Positions 1-8,771 are shown, counted from the stretch's first letter. The stretch: DNA of 55,867 nt from an uncultured Actinomycetes bacterium (GCA_903924485.1 CAIYBL010000003.1:1-55867); one strand, 5' to 3'. Notes: generated by a model from the sequence alone, not told the origin. Made by a program: numbers and translations.

Positions 1-1
1 G

Positions 2-445
2 GAATTCAAACCTGACTTAGCAATACTGGATGTAAAGATGCCTGTGCTAGATGGAATATCTGCCGCAGAAGTAATTATTTCTATCGCCCCTGTATTGATG
101 CTGACCGCTTTTAGTCAAAAGGAATTAGTGGATCGCGCACGCGATGCAGGCGTAATGGCCTACGTGGTGAAACCTTTCTCGATTAGCGACCTGGTTCCTG
201 CTATGGAAATTGCCATGAGCCGGCATAGGCAGATGACCTCGCTGGCTGCAGAAGTCGCAGATTTACATGAACGGCTCGAGACTCGAAAGTTGATCGACCG
301 CGCCAAAGGGATCCTCATGGCAGCCCTGAATCTGAGCGAACCGGATGCTTTTTCCTGGATCCAAAGGGCGGCGATGGATAGGCGTTTAAGCATGAAAGAG
401 GTAGCCCTTGCCGTTATTTCGCCCTCTGCCGTTCCTGAAAGATAA
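2..445 (+). CDS. pdtaR: Response regulator with ANTAR RNA-binding output domain (5' end cut by window edge)
   Basis: The reading frame is open from base 2 (EFKPDLAILDVKMPVLDGI, receiver-domain core). The C-terminal RKLIDRAKGILM...AFSWIQRAAMDRRLSMKEVA is an ANTAR-type helical domain. Its position near polA/rpsA/coaE/uvrB matches Mtb Rv1626 (from memory). Confidence 0.8.
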   Translation, partial: EFKPDLAILDVKMPVLDGISAAEVIISIAPVLMLTAFSQKELVDRARDAGVMAYVVKPFSISDLVPAMEIAMSRHRQMTSLAAEVADLHERLETRKLIDRAKGILMAALNLSEPDAFSWIQRAAMDRRLSMKEVALAVISPSAVPER

Positions 446-492
446 ATCTAGGTTACAACTTCGTTATATCCCCGGAAATGAGTGCTTTGGGC

Positions 493-522
493 TTGTCCAC
501 AGGGTGATGTGCCCGATAACCT
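493..522 (+). promoter_or_regulatory. Candidate livK promoter: TTGTCC, 18 nt, TAACCT
   Basis: A -35-like TTGTCC (493-498) and a TAnnnT hexamer TAACCT (517-522) sit about 45 nt upstream of the livK ATG. By-eye match only. Confidence 0.3.
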
Positions 523-533
523 GACGCCCTCCC

Positions 534-545
534 TGTCCCGGGACA
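534..545. promoter_or_regulatory. Perfect 12-bp palindrome TGTCCCGGGACA in the livK 5' region (candidate operator or small UTR hairpin)
   Basis: TGTCCC/GGGACA is exactly self-complementary. It lies between the putative -10 and the SD AGGAAGG (554-560). A related half-palindrome TTGTCCACAGGG is at 493-504. Confidence 0.35.
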
Positions 546-566
546 TAAGTAACAGGAAGGCACTAC

Positions 567-1835
567 ATGAAGAAGAGTTTTCGTGCTGTAAGCATCATCG
601 CCGCAGTGGCAATGATCACTACAGGACTCGTAGCAACTTCTGCTGTGACTAACGCAGCAACAGTTCTCACAATCTCGACCGACCTCCCACTTCAGGGATC
701 ATCGTTCGACTCAAATGATTCAACAAACAAGGCAATTGCTTTGTACTTGAAGCAGATCAACTACAAGGCTGGAAAGTTCACAGTTAAGTTGAAGATCTAC
801 GACGATGCAACAGCTGCCAAGGGTGGTTGGGATGATGCAAAGTGCGCAGCTAATGCACAAGCACACGTAGCTAACAAGAGTGAAGTTGCCGTTATGGGTA
901 CATACAACTCAGGTTGCGCGAAGATCATCGTTCCGATTCTTAACCAAGCACCAGGTGGAGCTATGACAATGGTTTCTGACGCCAACACAAACCCAGGACT
1001 TACAAAGTCATGGAACCCAGGCGAGCCAGATGTTTACTACCCAACAGGCGTACGTAACTATGCACGTGTTTGCACAACTGACGATGTTCAGGGCGCAGCT
1101 GCTGCACAGTTCGCGAAGTCAATTGGCATCAAGAGTGTTTATGTTTTGAACGATACTCAGACCTACGGTCAAGGTGTTGCACAGGCATTTACAACTGAAG
1201 CCAAGAAGCAAGGACTTAACGTTCTTTCAAGTGGCGCATACGGCGAAGGCTGGGATGCAAAGCAGACTGACTTCACAGCGCTTTTCACAAAGATCGCTGC
1301 ATTGAAGCCAGACATGCTCTACATCGGCGGTATCTTCGATAACGGCGGCGCTCAGCTTGTTAAGGATAAGTTCAAGGTCCTTGGAAATAACACCGCTGTA
1401 AAGATGATGGCACCAGATGGATTTACTGGATACCCAGACTTCAACTCAATGCCAGAAGCAGATGGTGCCTACCTCTCCTTCGCAGGTCTTTCAACAGAAC
1501 TTCTTCTTAAGAATGCACCAAACGGCGCAGGCGCGAAGTTCGTTAAGGCCTACAAGGCCACATACAAGAAGGATCCAGTCGGGTCTTATCCAATCTACGG
1601 CGTTGCAGCAGTTCAGGTCATCTTGGCCGCTATTGCAAAGTCAAACGGAACACGTAAGGGCGTTACAAACGCAATCTTCTCCGGTTCCGGAATTACTATC
1701 CCAGCAGCTGCATCTGTGCTTGGAAAGGCGCTGACAATCAGCACCTTGACAGGTGACACATTGGCTAAGGATGTAACGATTGAAATCGTTAAGGGCGGAC
1801 AAGAGACAACCTTGAAGGCACAAACCGTCAAGTAG
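567..1835 (+). CDS. livK: Liv/Amide-type (type I periplasmic binding fold) ABC substrate-binding protein, branched-chain amino acid family, with Sec signal peptide
   Basis: SD AGGAAGG lies 6 nt upstream. The N-terminus MKKSFRAVSIIAAVAMITTGLVATSAVTNA is a signal peptide. The body resembles LivJ/LivK-like binding proteins. It is followed by livHMGF-type genes. Confidence 0.85.
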   Translation: MKKSFRAVSIIAAVAMITTGLVATSAVTNAATVLTISTDLPLQGSSFDSNDSTNKAIALYLKQINYKAGKFTVKLKIYDDATAAKGGWDDAKCAANAQAHVANKSEVAVMGTYNSGCAKIIVPILNQAPGGAMTMVSDANTNPGLTKSWNPGEPDVYYPTGVRNYARVCTTDDVQGAAAAQFAKSIGIKSVYVLNDTQTYGQGVAQAFTTEAKKQGLNVLSSGAYGEGWDAKQTDFTALFTKIAALKPDMLYIGGIFDNGGAQLVKDKFKVLGNNTAVKMMAPDGFTGYPDFNSMPEADGAYLSFAGLSTELLLKNAPNGAGAKFVKAYKATYKKDPVGSYPIYGVAAVQVILAAIAKSNGTRKGVTNAIFSGSGITIPAAASVLGKALTISTLTGDTLAKDVTIEIVKGGQETTLKAQTVK

Positions 1836-1859
1836 TTCGTTTCTCAAGAAGTATGAAGA

Positions 1860-1896
1860 CATCGGGGTGGGCAAATGCCCACCCCGATGTTCTTTA
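1860..1896 (+). terminator. Rho-independent terminator/attenuator after livK
   Basis: Perfect 13-bp stem CATCGGGGTGGGC-AAAT-GCCCACCCCGATG (1860-1889) followed by TTCTTT. Confidence 0.85.
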
Positions 1897-1903
1897 AGAA
1901 CAT

Positions 1904-1936
1904 GACTTCCTGTATTACCCAGACTTCTTGTATTAC
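1904..1936 (+). repeat. Tandem direct repeat GACTTCCTGTATTAC / GACTTCTTGTATTAC (14/15 identical, 18-bp period)
   Basis: Read directly: copy 1 at 1904-1918, copy 2 at 1922-1936, between the livK terminator and livH. Confidence 0.6.
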
Positions 1937-1974
1937 TATGAGCCACTTACTGAAAGAGTTTTGAGAGGGTGCGC

Positions 1975-3015
1975 GTGTCACTATTTACTGGGGGCTATCA
2001 AGCCCGACAAGATCGCAAACGGTATCTCGAACGAGGCCTTAGCATCATCGCCACGTTCGGAATTCTCTATTGGTTGGGAATTAACTTTCATAAATCCCCA
2101 TCTCAATTTTTTCAGTCATCCTTGATTGGACTGAGTAATGGCGTGCTCTACGCCCTCATTGCCCTCGGATACACGCTCGTATACGGCATTATCGAACTCA
2201 TCAATTTTGCACACGGTGATCTCTTTATGTTGAGCGCAGTTTTTTCAGCGAACTTCATTGCAGTCTGGTTCCATAAAGAGCATTCGGGCCCTGCGGCATG
2301 GGGCGTATTTCTTATGTGTCTTCTCACGGTCATGCTTTTTGCTGCCACCATCAACGTGGGAATTGAGAGATTTGCCTATCGACGTCTGCGGCGAGCGCCG
2401 AAACTTGCACCTCTGATTACTGCGGTCGGAGTCTCCTTTGTCTTGCAATTTATCGGTCTTCGCTGGAATGGATCTGGCCCCAAGACGTGGAACACCGTTC
2501 TACCAGCTGGTGGCTTTCATATTTCTGGTGTAAATATCGAATACACGACCTTAATTTCCTTCGCAGTAACGGCACCATTGTTACTGCTGATGTCCTGGAT
2601 TGTTACACGAACACGTCAAGGAAAAGCGATGCGTGCAACTGCGCAAGATCAAGATGCCGCGCGTCTCATGGGAATCAACGTCAATCGTACGATTTCCTTC
2701 ACATTCGCATTAGGTGGAGCACTTGCTGGCGCCGCTGGAATCCTATTCCAGCAAACCCGTGGCCTCACCAGCTATAACTTAGGTTTTCAGCTGGGTCTCA
2801 TCGCATTCACCTCAGCAGTCATGGGCGGTATTGGAAATCTGCAAGGTGCTGTTCTAGGTGCACTTCTTATTGGATTAATCCAAGGTCTTAATGATGGTTT
2901 GCCAATCGGATTGGGCCAACAATGGTCGCAAACTGTGGTTTTCTCCATCTTGATTCTCCTTATGGCTTTTAGACCTACCGGCCTGCTGGGCAAACCAGTT
3001 ACAGAGAAAGTCTGA
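1975..3015 (+). CDS. livH: Branched-chain amino acid ABC transporter permease (LivH family)
   Basis: LIGLSNGVLYALIALGYTLVYGIIELINFAHGD is the LivH signature N-terminal region. GTG 1975 has SD GAGAGGG 5 nt upstream; GTG 1969 (ORF-track start) is the alternative. The N-terminal ~40 aa extension is unusual and the start is uncertain. Confidence 0.8.
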   Translation: MSLFTGGYQARQDRKRYLERGLSIIATFGILYWLGINFHKSPSQFFQSSLIGLSNGVLYALIALGYTLVYGIIELINFAHGDLFMLSAVFSANFIAVWFHKEHSGPAAWGVFLMCLLTVMLFAATINVGIERFAYRRLRRAPKLAPLITAVGVSFVLQFIGLRWNGSGPKTWNTVLPAGGFHISGVNIEYTTLISFAVTAPLLLLMSWIVTRTRQGKAMRATAQDQDAARLMGINVNRTISFTFALGGALAGAAGILFQQTRGLTSYNLGFQLGLIAFTSAVMGGIGNLQGAVLGALLIGLIQGLNDGLPIGLGQQWSQTVVFSILILLMAFRPTGLLGKPVTEKV

Positions 3016-4202
3016 TGATGATACTTAAGAGAAAATCCAAAGACTCAAAGACTCCGAAGCAGAGCGCTAGCCATAAGAAATGGACTATCGGCTTTTTGAT
3101 CGCTGCCGCATGTATTTGGACCTTCTACACCTACATCATGATGCGTCTACCCGATGGGCTACAGACGCTTTTCCAGACATGGTTGCCACCAACGACCGTC
3201 AACGAAGCGATGGTATGGGTTATTTGCGCTATCGGACTCAACATCGTTGTTGGGTATGCGGGACTTCTTGATTTAGGTTTCGTGGCATTCTGGGCAATTG
3301 GTGGCTACAGCGCAGGTTGGTTTATGTCGGCTTTTTTCCGCCAAGTCAATGTCCATATCTTTGCTCCACACCAAACGCTTAAGACTCCTGGTATTCACGT
3401 TACTTTCTGGGCGGTCTTATTTATCGGTGGAATCATCTGTGCGATCTTCGGGATGATCATTGGCGCACCTACTCTTCGTCTTAAGAGTGACTATTTGGCT
3501 TTGGTAACTATGGGTTTCGGAGAAATTATTCCGCAGGTTTTCACCAATGGCGAGAATCTTGGTGGATTCAATCTATCTAACGGAACGAAGGGAATTTCGC
3601 CAGTAGATAACATTGGCGTTCCTGGAAAAGTACTTGGACCCTTTGACTTCAGTTGGAAATTTGCAATCTTCGTACTCCTCACCGCTGTGATGGTTTTTGT
3701 TTCATTGCGTTTGCGTAAGGGTCGCCTTGGACGTGCATGGCTTGCCATTCGCGAAGATGAACTAGCAGCAAGCATGATGGGTGTTCCACTTATGACGACC
3801 AAGCTTGCGGCCTATGCAGTCGGCGCATTCAGTGGCGGTGTTGGCGGTGTTGCTTTTGCTACGCACGTAAACGGAGTGTTCGCTGATCGTTTCAATTTCT
3901 CGATCTCGATTATTTTGCTTGCGATGGTTGTTCTGGGCGGTATGGGAAATGTCTGGGGAGTTATGGTCGGCGCACTTCTGGTCGCATGGATTAACTCCAC
4001 GGGTCTTCCCGCATTTGGTGACCTGGTCAATAGCACATTCAATACCTCGATAAATTTCCCTTCGTATAACTTCCTTCTCTTTGGAGGCGTCCTCATCTTG
4101 ATGATGCTCTACAAGCGAGAAGGCATGATCCCTGAGTCGCGCCTGAAAGCAATTTTGCATGAAGCCGATGACACCTCTGCAAACATTGGCGGTACTCATT
4201 AA
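3015..4202 (+). CDS. livM: Branched-chain amino acid ABC transporter permease (LivM family)
   Basis: Multi-TM protein. GYAGLLDLGFVAFWAIGGY and GGMGNVWG motifs are typical of LivM. TGATG overlap with the livH stop. Confidence 0.85.
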   Translation: MMILKRKSKDSKTPKQSASHKKWTIGFLIAAACIWTFYTYIMMRLPDGLQTLFQTWLPPTTVNEAMVWVICAIGLNIVVGYAGLLDLGFVAFWAIGGYSAGWFMSAFFRQVNVHIFAPHQTLKTPGIHVTFWAVLFIGGIICAIFGMIIGAPTLRLKSDYLALVTMGFGEIIPQVFTNGENLGGFNLSNGTKGISPVDNIGVPGKVLGPFDFSWKFAIFVLLTAVMVFVSLRLRKGRLGRAWLAIREDELAASMMGVPLMTTKLAAYAVGAFSGGVGGVAFATHVNGVFADRFNFSISIILLAMVVLGGMGNVWGVMVGALLVAWINSTGLPAFGDLVNSTFNTSINFPSYNFLLFGGVLILMMLYKREGMIPESRLKAILHEADDTSANIGGTH

Positions 4203-4981
4203 TGACAAACGCACTTTTAGCTAAAGACATCACTGTTAAGTTTGGCGGACTTACCGCCGTTAACAATGTGACCTTTGATATCCCACAGGGGAAGATTGTC
4301 AGCCTTATCGGTCCAAATGGTGCGGGTAAGACAACCTTCTTCAACGTTCTTACGGGTCTGTACAAGCCAACCAGTGGAAATGTTTTCTTTGGAGATTTAG
4401 ATATCACAGCTCGTCCACCTCACAAGATTGCGGCGGGTGGTTTGGCGCGTACTTTCCAAAACATTCGTCTCTTTGGGCTGATGACTGCAGAAGAGAATGT
4501 CATGGTCGCCATGCATTCTCAACTGAAGTCAGGGATCCTTGCAACGATTTTTGGAACACCTAATCAGCGCCGTGAAGAACATGAGTCTCGTGAGCGTGCT
4601 CGCGAACTTCTGGACTTTGTGGGAATCGGCAAATGGGCAGGGGAGTATGCACGAAATCTTTCATACGGTGATCAACGCCGTCTTGAGGTGGCTCGCGCTC
4701 TTGCCCTCAAACCAAAAGTTCTTCTCCTTGACGAGCCAACTGCAGGTATGAACCCTCAGGAATCACTTACTTTCATTAACTTCGTCTACAAGTTGCGTGA
4801 TGAACAAGATGTTTCCATTTTGCTTATCGAACACGATATGAGCGTTGTTATGACTGTATCCGAGCGCGTGACAGTACTGGATCAAGGCGAGAAGATTGCT
4901 GAAGGAACACCTGCTGAAATTAAATCCAACCAACGTGTGATCGAGGCTTACCTCGGCAAAGCAAAGGGAGAGAAGGCATGA
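4202..4981 (+). CDS. livG: Branched-chain amino acid ABC transporter ATP-binding protein (LivG family)
   Basis: Walker A GPNGAGKTT, signature LSYGDQRRLEVARAL, Walker B LLLDEPTAG. TAATG overlap with livM. Confidence 0.9.
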   Translation: MTNALLAKDITVKFGGLTAVNNVTFDIPQGKIVSLIGPNGAGKTTFFNVLTGLYKPTSGNVFFGDLDITARPPHKIAAGGLARTFQNIRLFGLMTAEENVMVAMHSQLKSGILATIFGTPNQRREEHESRERARELLDFVGIGKWAGEYARNLSYGDQRRLEVARALALKPKVLLLDEPTAGMNPQESLTFINFVYKLRDEQDVSILLIEHDMSVVMTVSERVTVLDQGEKIAEGTPAEIKSNQRVIEAYLGKAKGEKA

Positions 4982-5691
4982 GCGCTCTTCTTGAAGTTAA
5001 AGATCTGCAAGTTGCATACGGTTCGATTCTGGCCGTTAAAGATGTTTCTCTTACGGTCAATGAGGGCGAAATCGTTACTTTGATTGGCTCTAATGGAGCC
5101 GGCAAATCAACAACCTTGCGGACTATTTCCGGTTTGCTTAAGCCAAAAGGTGGATCCATTACCTTTCAAGGCCAACGCATCGACGGCAAAGAAGGTCATG
5201 AGATTGTCGCAATGGGCTTATGCCAGTCCCCTGAGGGACGGCGCATCTTTCCTCGCATGTCAGTTCGGGAGAATTTAGATCTTGGTGCTTTCTTGCGAAA
5301 TGACAAGGAAGCCATCGAGGCCGATCGCGAAAAGGTACTCGAGCTATTTCCTCGACTTCGCGAACGCTATGAGCAAAAGGGTGGCACCATGTCCGGCGGT
5401 GAACAGCAGATGCTTGCTGTTGCGCGAGCAATGATGGGCGCCCCAAAGCTACTTCTTCTTGATGAACCCTCCATGGGGCTTGCTCCGGTTCTGGTGGACA
5501 TGATTTTTGAAACTATTGTCAAAATCCGCCAACAAGGAATAACGATTTTGCTCATTGAGCAGAATGCTGCAGCTGCTTTGGATGTTGCCGATCGTGCATA
5601 TGTTCTGGAGTCAGGCCGAATCAAGATGAGCGGCAATGCTTCAGACCTTGCAAAGGATGATGCAGTTACTAAGGCCTATCTAGGCGGATAG
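4978..5691 (+). CDS. livF: Branched-chain amino acid ABC transporter ATP-binding protein (LivF family)
   Basis: GSNGAGKST, MSGGEQQMLAVARAM, LLLDEPSMGLAP. ATGA overlap with livG. Confidence 0.9.
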   Translation: MSALLEVKDLQVAYGSILAVKDVSLTVNEGEIVTLIGSNGAGKSTTLRTISGLLKPKGGSITFQGQRIDGKEGHEIVAMGLCQSPEGRRIFPRMSVRENLDLGAFLRNDKEAIEADREKVLELFPRLRERYEQKGGTMSGGEQQMLAVARAMMGAPKLLLLDEPSMGLAPVLVDMIFETIVKIRQQGITILLIEQNAAAALDVADRAYVLESGRIKMSGNASDLAKDDAVTKAYLGG

Positions 5692-5703
5692 CACAACTTT
5701 GGT

Positions 5704-6123
5704 CTAGCGCTGCGCGAGGATGAGACAAGTGATTCGCGCAGTGCAGGTTCGCTCACCAGCATCATTGGTAATCACAATTTCATAGGTGCATAAAGTTTTT
5801 CCCAATGAAACTGGTGTGGCCACTGCTGTAACAAATCCTGTAGTCGCTGATTTGTGATGAGTTGCGTTGATATCAACTCCGACAACTTTGCGATCAGGTC
5901 CAGCATGCAGTTGCGTTCCGATGGAACCAAGACTCTCAGCAAGGACGACACTAGCTCCACCATGCAGCAAACCTATGGGCTGAGTATTTCCCTCTACCGG
6001 CATAGTCGCTACAAGTCGGGTAGGAGATGCCTCGTTGATGACGATGCCCATTTTCTTATCAAGGGCTCCGCTTCCGCGCTCTCGTAAAATTTCCAAATAA
6101 TCGGGTATTGATTGATCGCTCAT
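5704..6123 (-). CDS. Hotdog-fold acyl-CoA thioesterase (PaaI/YdiI-like)
   Basis: GLLHGGASVVLAESLGS motif and ~140 aa size. ATG 6123 is preferred because a TAGACT -10 sits 8 nt upstream. The longest ORF would start at 6150. Confidence 0.7.
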   Translation of the reverse strand: MSDQSIPDYLEILRERGSGALDKKMGIVINEASPTRLVATMPVEGNTQPIGLLHGGASVVLAESLGSIGTQLHAGPDRKVVGVDINATHHKSATTGFVTAVATPVSLGKTLCTYEIVITNDAGERTCTARITCLILAQR

Positions 6124-6131
6124 AAGTGTTG

Positions 6132-6137
6132 AGTCTA
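6132..6137 (-). promoter_or_regulatory. -10 hexamer TAGACT (minus strand) at leaderless distance from the thioesterase ATG 6123
   Basis: The reverse complement of agtcta (6132-6137) is TAGACT. An 8-nt spacer precedes the ATG and there is no SD. Confidence 0.4.
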
Positions 6138-6149
6138 TCTCGCGTCGCA

Positions 6150-6155
6150 TAGAAT
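6150..6155 (+). promoter_or_regulatory. -10 hexamer TAGAAT at leaderless distance from the polA ATG 6163
   Basis: TAGAAT, then a 7-nt spacer gcaggtt, then ATG 6163. No SD is present. Confidence 0.4.
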
Positions 6156-6162
6156 GCAGGTT

Positions 6163-8754
6163 ATGAGCGCTCGGTTACTTCTTATTGATGGTCACTCCAT
6201 GGCCTATCGCGCCTTCTACGCCCTTCCGGCCGAGAATTTCACAACAGCCACTGGCCAGCACACGAACGCTGTTTATGGCTTTGCGACGATGTTGATCTCT
6301 TTGATTAAGGAGGAGAAACCAACTCATATAGCCGTGGCCTTTGATGTCTCCCGCAAGACTTTTCGTACTGAGATTTTCCCTGAGTACAAAGCGACCCGCT
6401 CTGCCACCCCGGACGAATTTAGATCGCAGATGTCTTTTCTTCACGATCTAGTCAGCGCTTTCAATATCTCCCAATTTGAACTCGAGGGATATGAGGCAGA
6501 TGACATTTTGGCCACTCTCTCAACAAAAGCGCAGAAAGACGGTATGGAAGTATTGATCTGCTCGGGAGATCGCGACAGTTTTCAGTTGGTCACCGAGAAA
6601 ATTACGGTCTTGTATCCCAAGAGGGGCGTGAGTGATCTTGCTCGTATGACGCCTGAGTCTGTTTTGGAAAAATATGGAATGTCACCTGAGAACTATCCTG
6701 ATTTTGCTGCGTTGAGAGGCGATCCCAGCGATAACTTGCCTTCGATTCCTGGCGTGGGAGAAAAGACCGCCGCCAAGTGGGTCGTCGAATACGGTTCACT
6801 CGCGAATTTGCTTGCAAAGATTGATCAGGTTCCTGGCAAGGTTGGCATCTCCCTCCGTGAAAATGTTGATGCCGTATTGCGCAATCGCGAGCTCACGCAA
6901 CTCTTGCACGATGTTCCTATCAAAGTTTCGCTCACAGATCTATCGTGGAGCGGCATTGATGAGGAAAAAATGTACGCACTCTTTGACCAATTGGAATTTC
7001 GCACATTGAAAGATCGAATTAAGCCACTCGTTGGAGAAAGTTCAAGCAGTTCACCGCAAGAGGTTCAACCTTTATTGATGTTGGGCTTTGATGAGCAGGA
7101 AAGCGTTCTCACCGCCGAAGAACTTTCCGCCAAGATAACAAAGCATTCGGGCTTAATCTCTATCGCATATGAGATTTCGGATGAGAAACTCCATCGCTAC
7201 AGTGTGGCACTTTCTGCCTCTGAGAGTTATCTCGTCCACTCCTCGCAATTGGGAGAGTGGTTTGGCAACGAATCGGTACTCAAAATAATGCACGATGCGA
7301 AGACCCTCGATCGAATCATCCCTATCGCTGGAGTCGCCTTTGATACCGCCCTTGCGGCGTATGTGGTGAACCCAGGTGTCAGGGCGCAGGATCTCAACGA
7401 TCTTCTAGAACGTTGGGGCAATGGTGTCACGGTCACGGCAATCGACCCCGGACAAAGACTTCTCCAGAGCGCATCCTCATTATTCGCCTTGTACTCATCA
7501 CTTTTGCAGGAGTTAAAAGATCGCCAGGTTCTAGATCTTTACCAGACATTAGAGTTGCCGATCGCCAAGTTATTAGCGGTTATTGAACGCCGCGGTATTT
7601 GTGTTGATAGTGAAAAGTTATTGGCACTCCAGAAATTCTTCGTAGGTGAAGTTGAGCGTGAGACCAAAGCGGCCTATGACGCAGTAGGACATGAATTTAA
7701 TGTTGCTTCGCCTAAACAACTGCAAGTTGTTCTCTTTGAAGTACTGAAGTTGCCCAAGACCAAGAAGATTAAGACGGGCTTCACAACGGATGCTGAATCC
7801 CTTGAGTGGCTCTTTGAAAAGACACAACATCCCGTACTTAATCAATTGTTGCGCATCAGAGAAACAAATAAATTACGGACAACGATTGAGGGCCTCCTCG
7901 GTGAGATCTCAGTCGATGGTCGAATTCATACGCATTTTGCGCAGACTGTCGCGGCCACTGGACGACTCTCATCAACCGGACCGAATTTGCAAAATATCCC
8001 TGTGCGTACCGAAGAGGGTCGCAAGATTAGGGATTGTTTTGTAGCAGGCCCGGGCTATGTTGGATTACTGACTGCCGATTACAGCCAGATAGAGATGCGC
8101 ATCATGGCTCATTTATCCCATGATGAGCATTTGTTAGCTGCATTTGCCTCGGGTGAGGATCTTCATTCGACTGTGGCCTCAGAGGTTTTTGGAGTTGCTC
8201 CAACGGATGTGAATCCTGAAATGCGTCGTCAGATAAAGGCTATGTCCTATGGACTTGCCTACGGACTTTCCTCGTATGGCCTTTCGGCCCAACTTGGAAT
8301 TACTCCACCCCAAGCTCAAGAGCTTATGGATAAATACTTCGAGCGTTTCGGTGGAATTCGGGATTATCTAAAGACAGTGGTCGATGAAGCCAGAAAAGTT
8401 GGTTACACAGAGACCATCCTTGGTCGTCGTCGCTATCTACCCGATCTCAACCATGACAACCGCCAGCGCCGAGAAGTCGCTGAGCGGATGGCGCTTAACG
8501 CGCCAATCCAAGGGTCAGCTGCAGACATCATCAAGCAAGCGATGCTTAACGTCGATCACGCACTCCTGACACAGAAACTGAAATCTCGTTTATTGCTGCA
8601 GGTTCATGATGAATTGATTTTTGAAGTTGTCGCAGGAGAGGAAGAAACTTTGACTTCACTTGTGCGCCAACAAATGGGAGCCGCGTACCCACTGAAAGCA
8701 CCTCTTGCCGTGAGTGTGGGAATTGGCAAAAGTTGGAACGAGGCCGCGCACTAG
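6163..8754 (+). CDS. polA: DNA polymerase I
   Basis: 5'-nuclease N-terminus LLLIDGHSMAYRAFYAL. Pol motifs DYSQIEMRIMAHLS, RRQIKAMSYGLAYG, QVHDELIFE. An alternative ATG lies 3 codons upstream at 6154. Confidence 0.95.
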   Translation: MSARLLLIDGHSMAYRAFYALPAENFTTATGQHTNAVYGFATMLISLIKEEKPTHIAVAFDVSRKTFRTEIFPEYKATRSATPDEFRSQMSFLHDLVSAFNISQFELEGYEADDILATLSTKAQKDGMEVLICSGDRDSFQLVTEKITVLYPKRGVSDLARMTPESVLEKYGMSPENYPDFAALRGDPSDNLPSIPGVGEKTAAKWVVEYGSLANLLAKIDQVPGKVGISLRENVDAVLRNRELTQLLHDVPIKVSLTDLSWSGIDEEKMYALFDQLEFRTLKDRIKPLVGESSSSSPQEVQPLLMLGFDEQESVLTAEELSAKITKHSGLISIAYEISDEKLHRYSVALSASESYLVHSSQLGEWFGNESVLKIMHDAKTLDRIIPIAGVAFDTALAAYVVNPGVRAQDLNDLLERWGNGVTVTAIDPGQRLLQSASSLFALYSSLLQELKDRQVLDLYQTLELPIAKLLAVIERRGICVDSEKLLALQKFFVGEVERETKAAYDAVGHEFNVASPKQLQVVLFEVLKLPKTKKIKTGFTTDAESLEWLFEKTQHPVLNQLLRIRETNKLRTTIEGLLGEISVDGRIHTHFAQTVAATGRLSSTGPNLQNIPVRTEEGRKIRDCFVAGPGYVGLLTADYSQIEMRIMAHLSHDEHLLAAFASGEDLHSTVASEVFGVAPTDVNPEMRRQIKAMSYGLAYGLSSYGLSAQLGITPPQAQELMDKYFERFGGIRDYLKTVVDEARKVGYTETILGRRRYLPDLNHDNRQRREVAERMALNAPIQGSAADIIKQAMLNVDHALLTQKLKSRLLLQVHDELIFEVVAGEEETLTSLVRQQMGAAYPLKAPLAVSVGIGKSWNEAAH

Positions 8755-8771
8755 ATTTCTCGGCGTGATGT

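Noticed and set aside
452-479. GlnR-box-like pattern (GTTAC-N6-GTTAT-N6/7-GAAAT) upstream of livK
   Set aside because: The match to gTnAc-N6-GaAAc is only partial (the b-sites are poor). It cannot be distinguished from chance by eye.
446-566. Canonical ANTAR target (two tandem hexaloop hairpins overlapping a terminator) in the livK leader
   Set aside because: I found only one 4-bp stem with a hexaloop (CACA-GGGTGA-TGTG, 498-511), whose loop does not fit the A1/G4 pattern, and no terminator. If the TAACCT promoter is real, the leader is too short (~40 nt).
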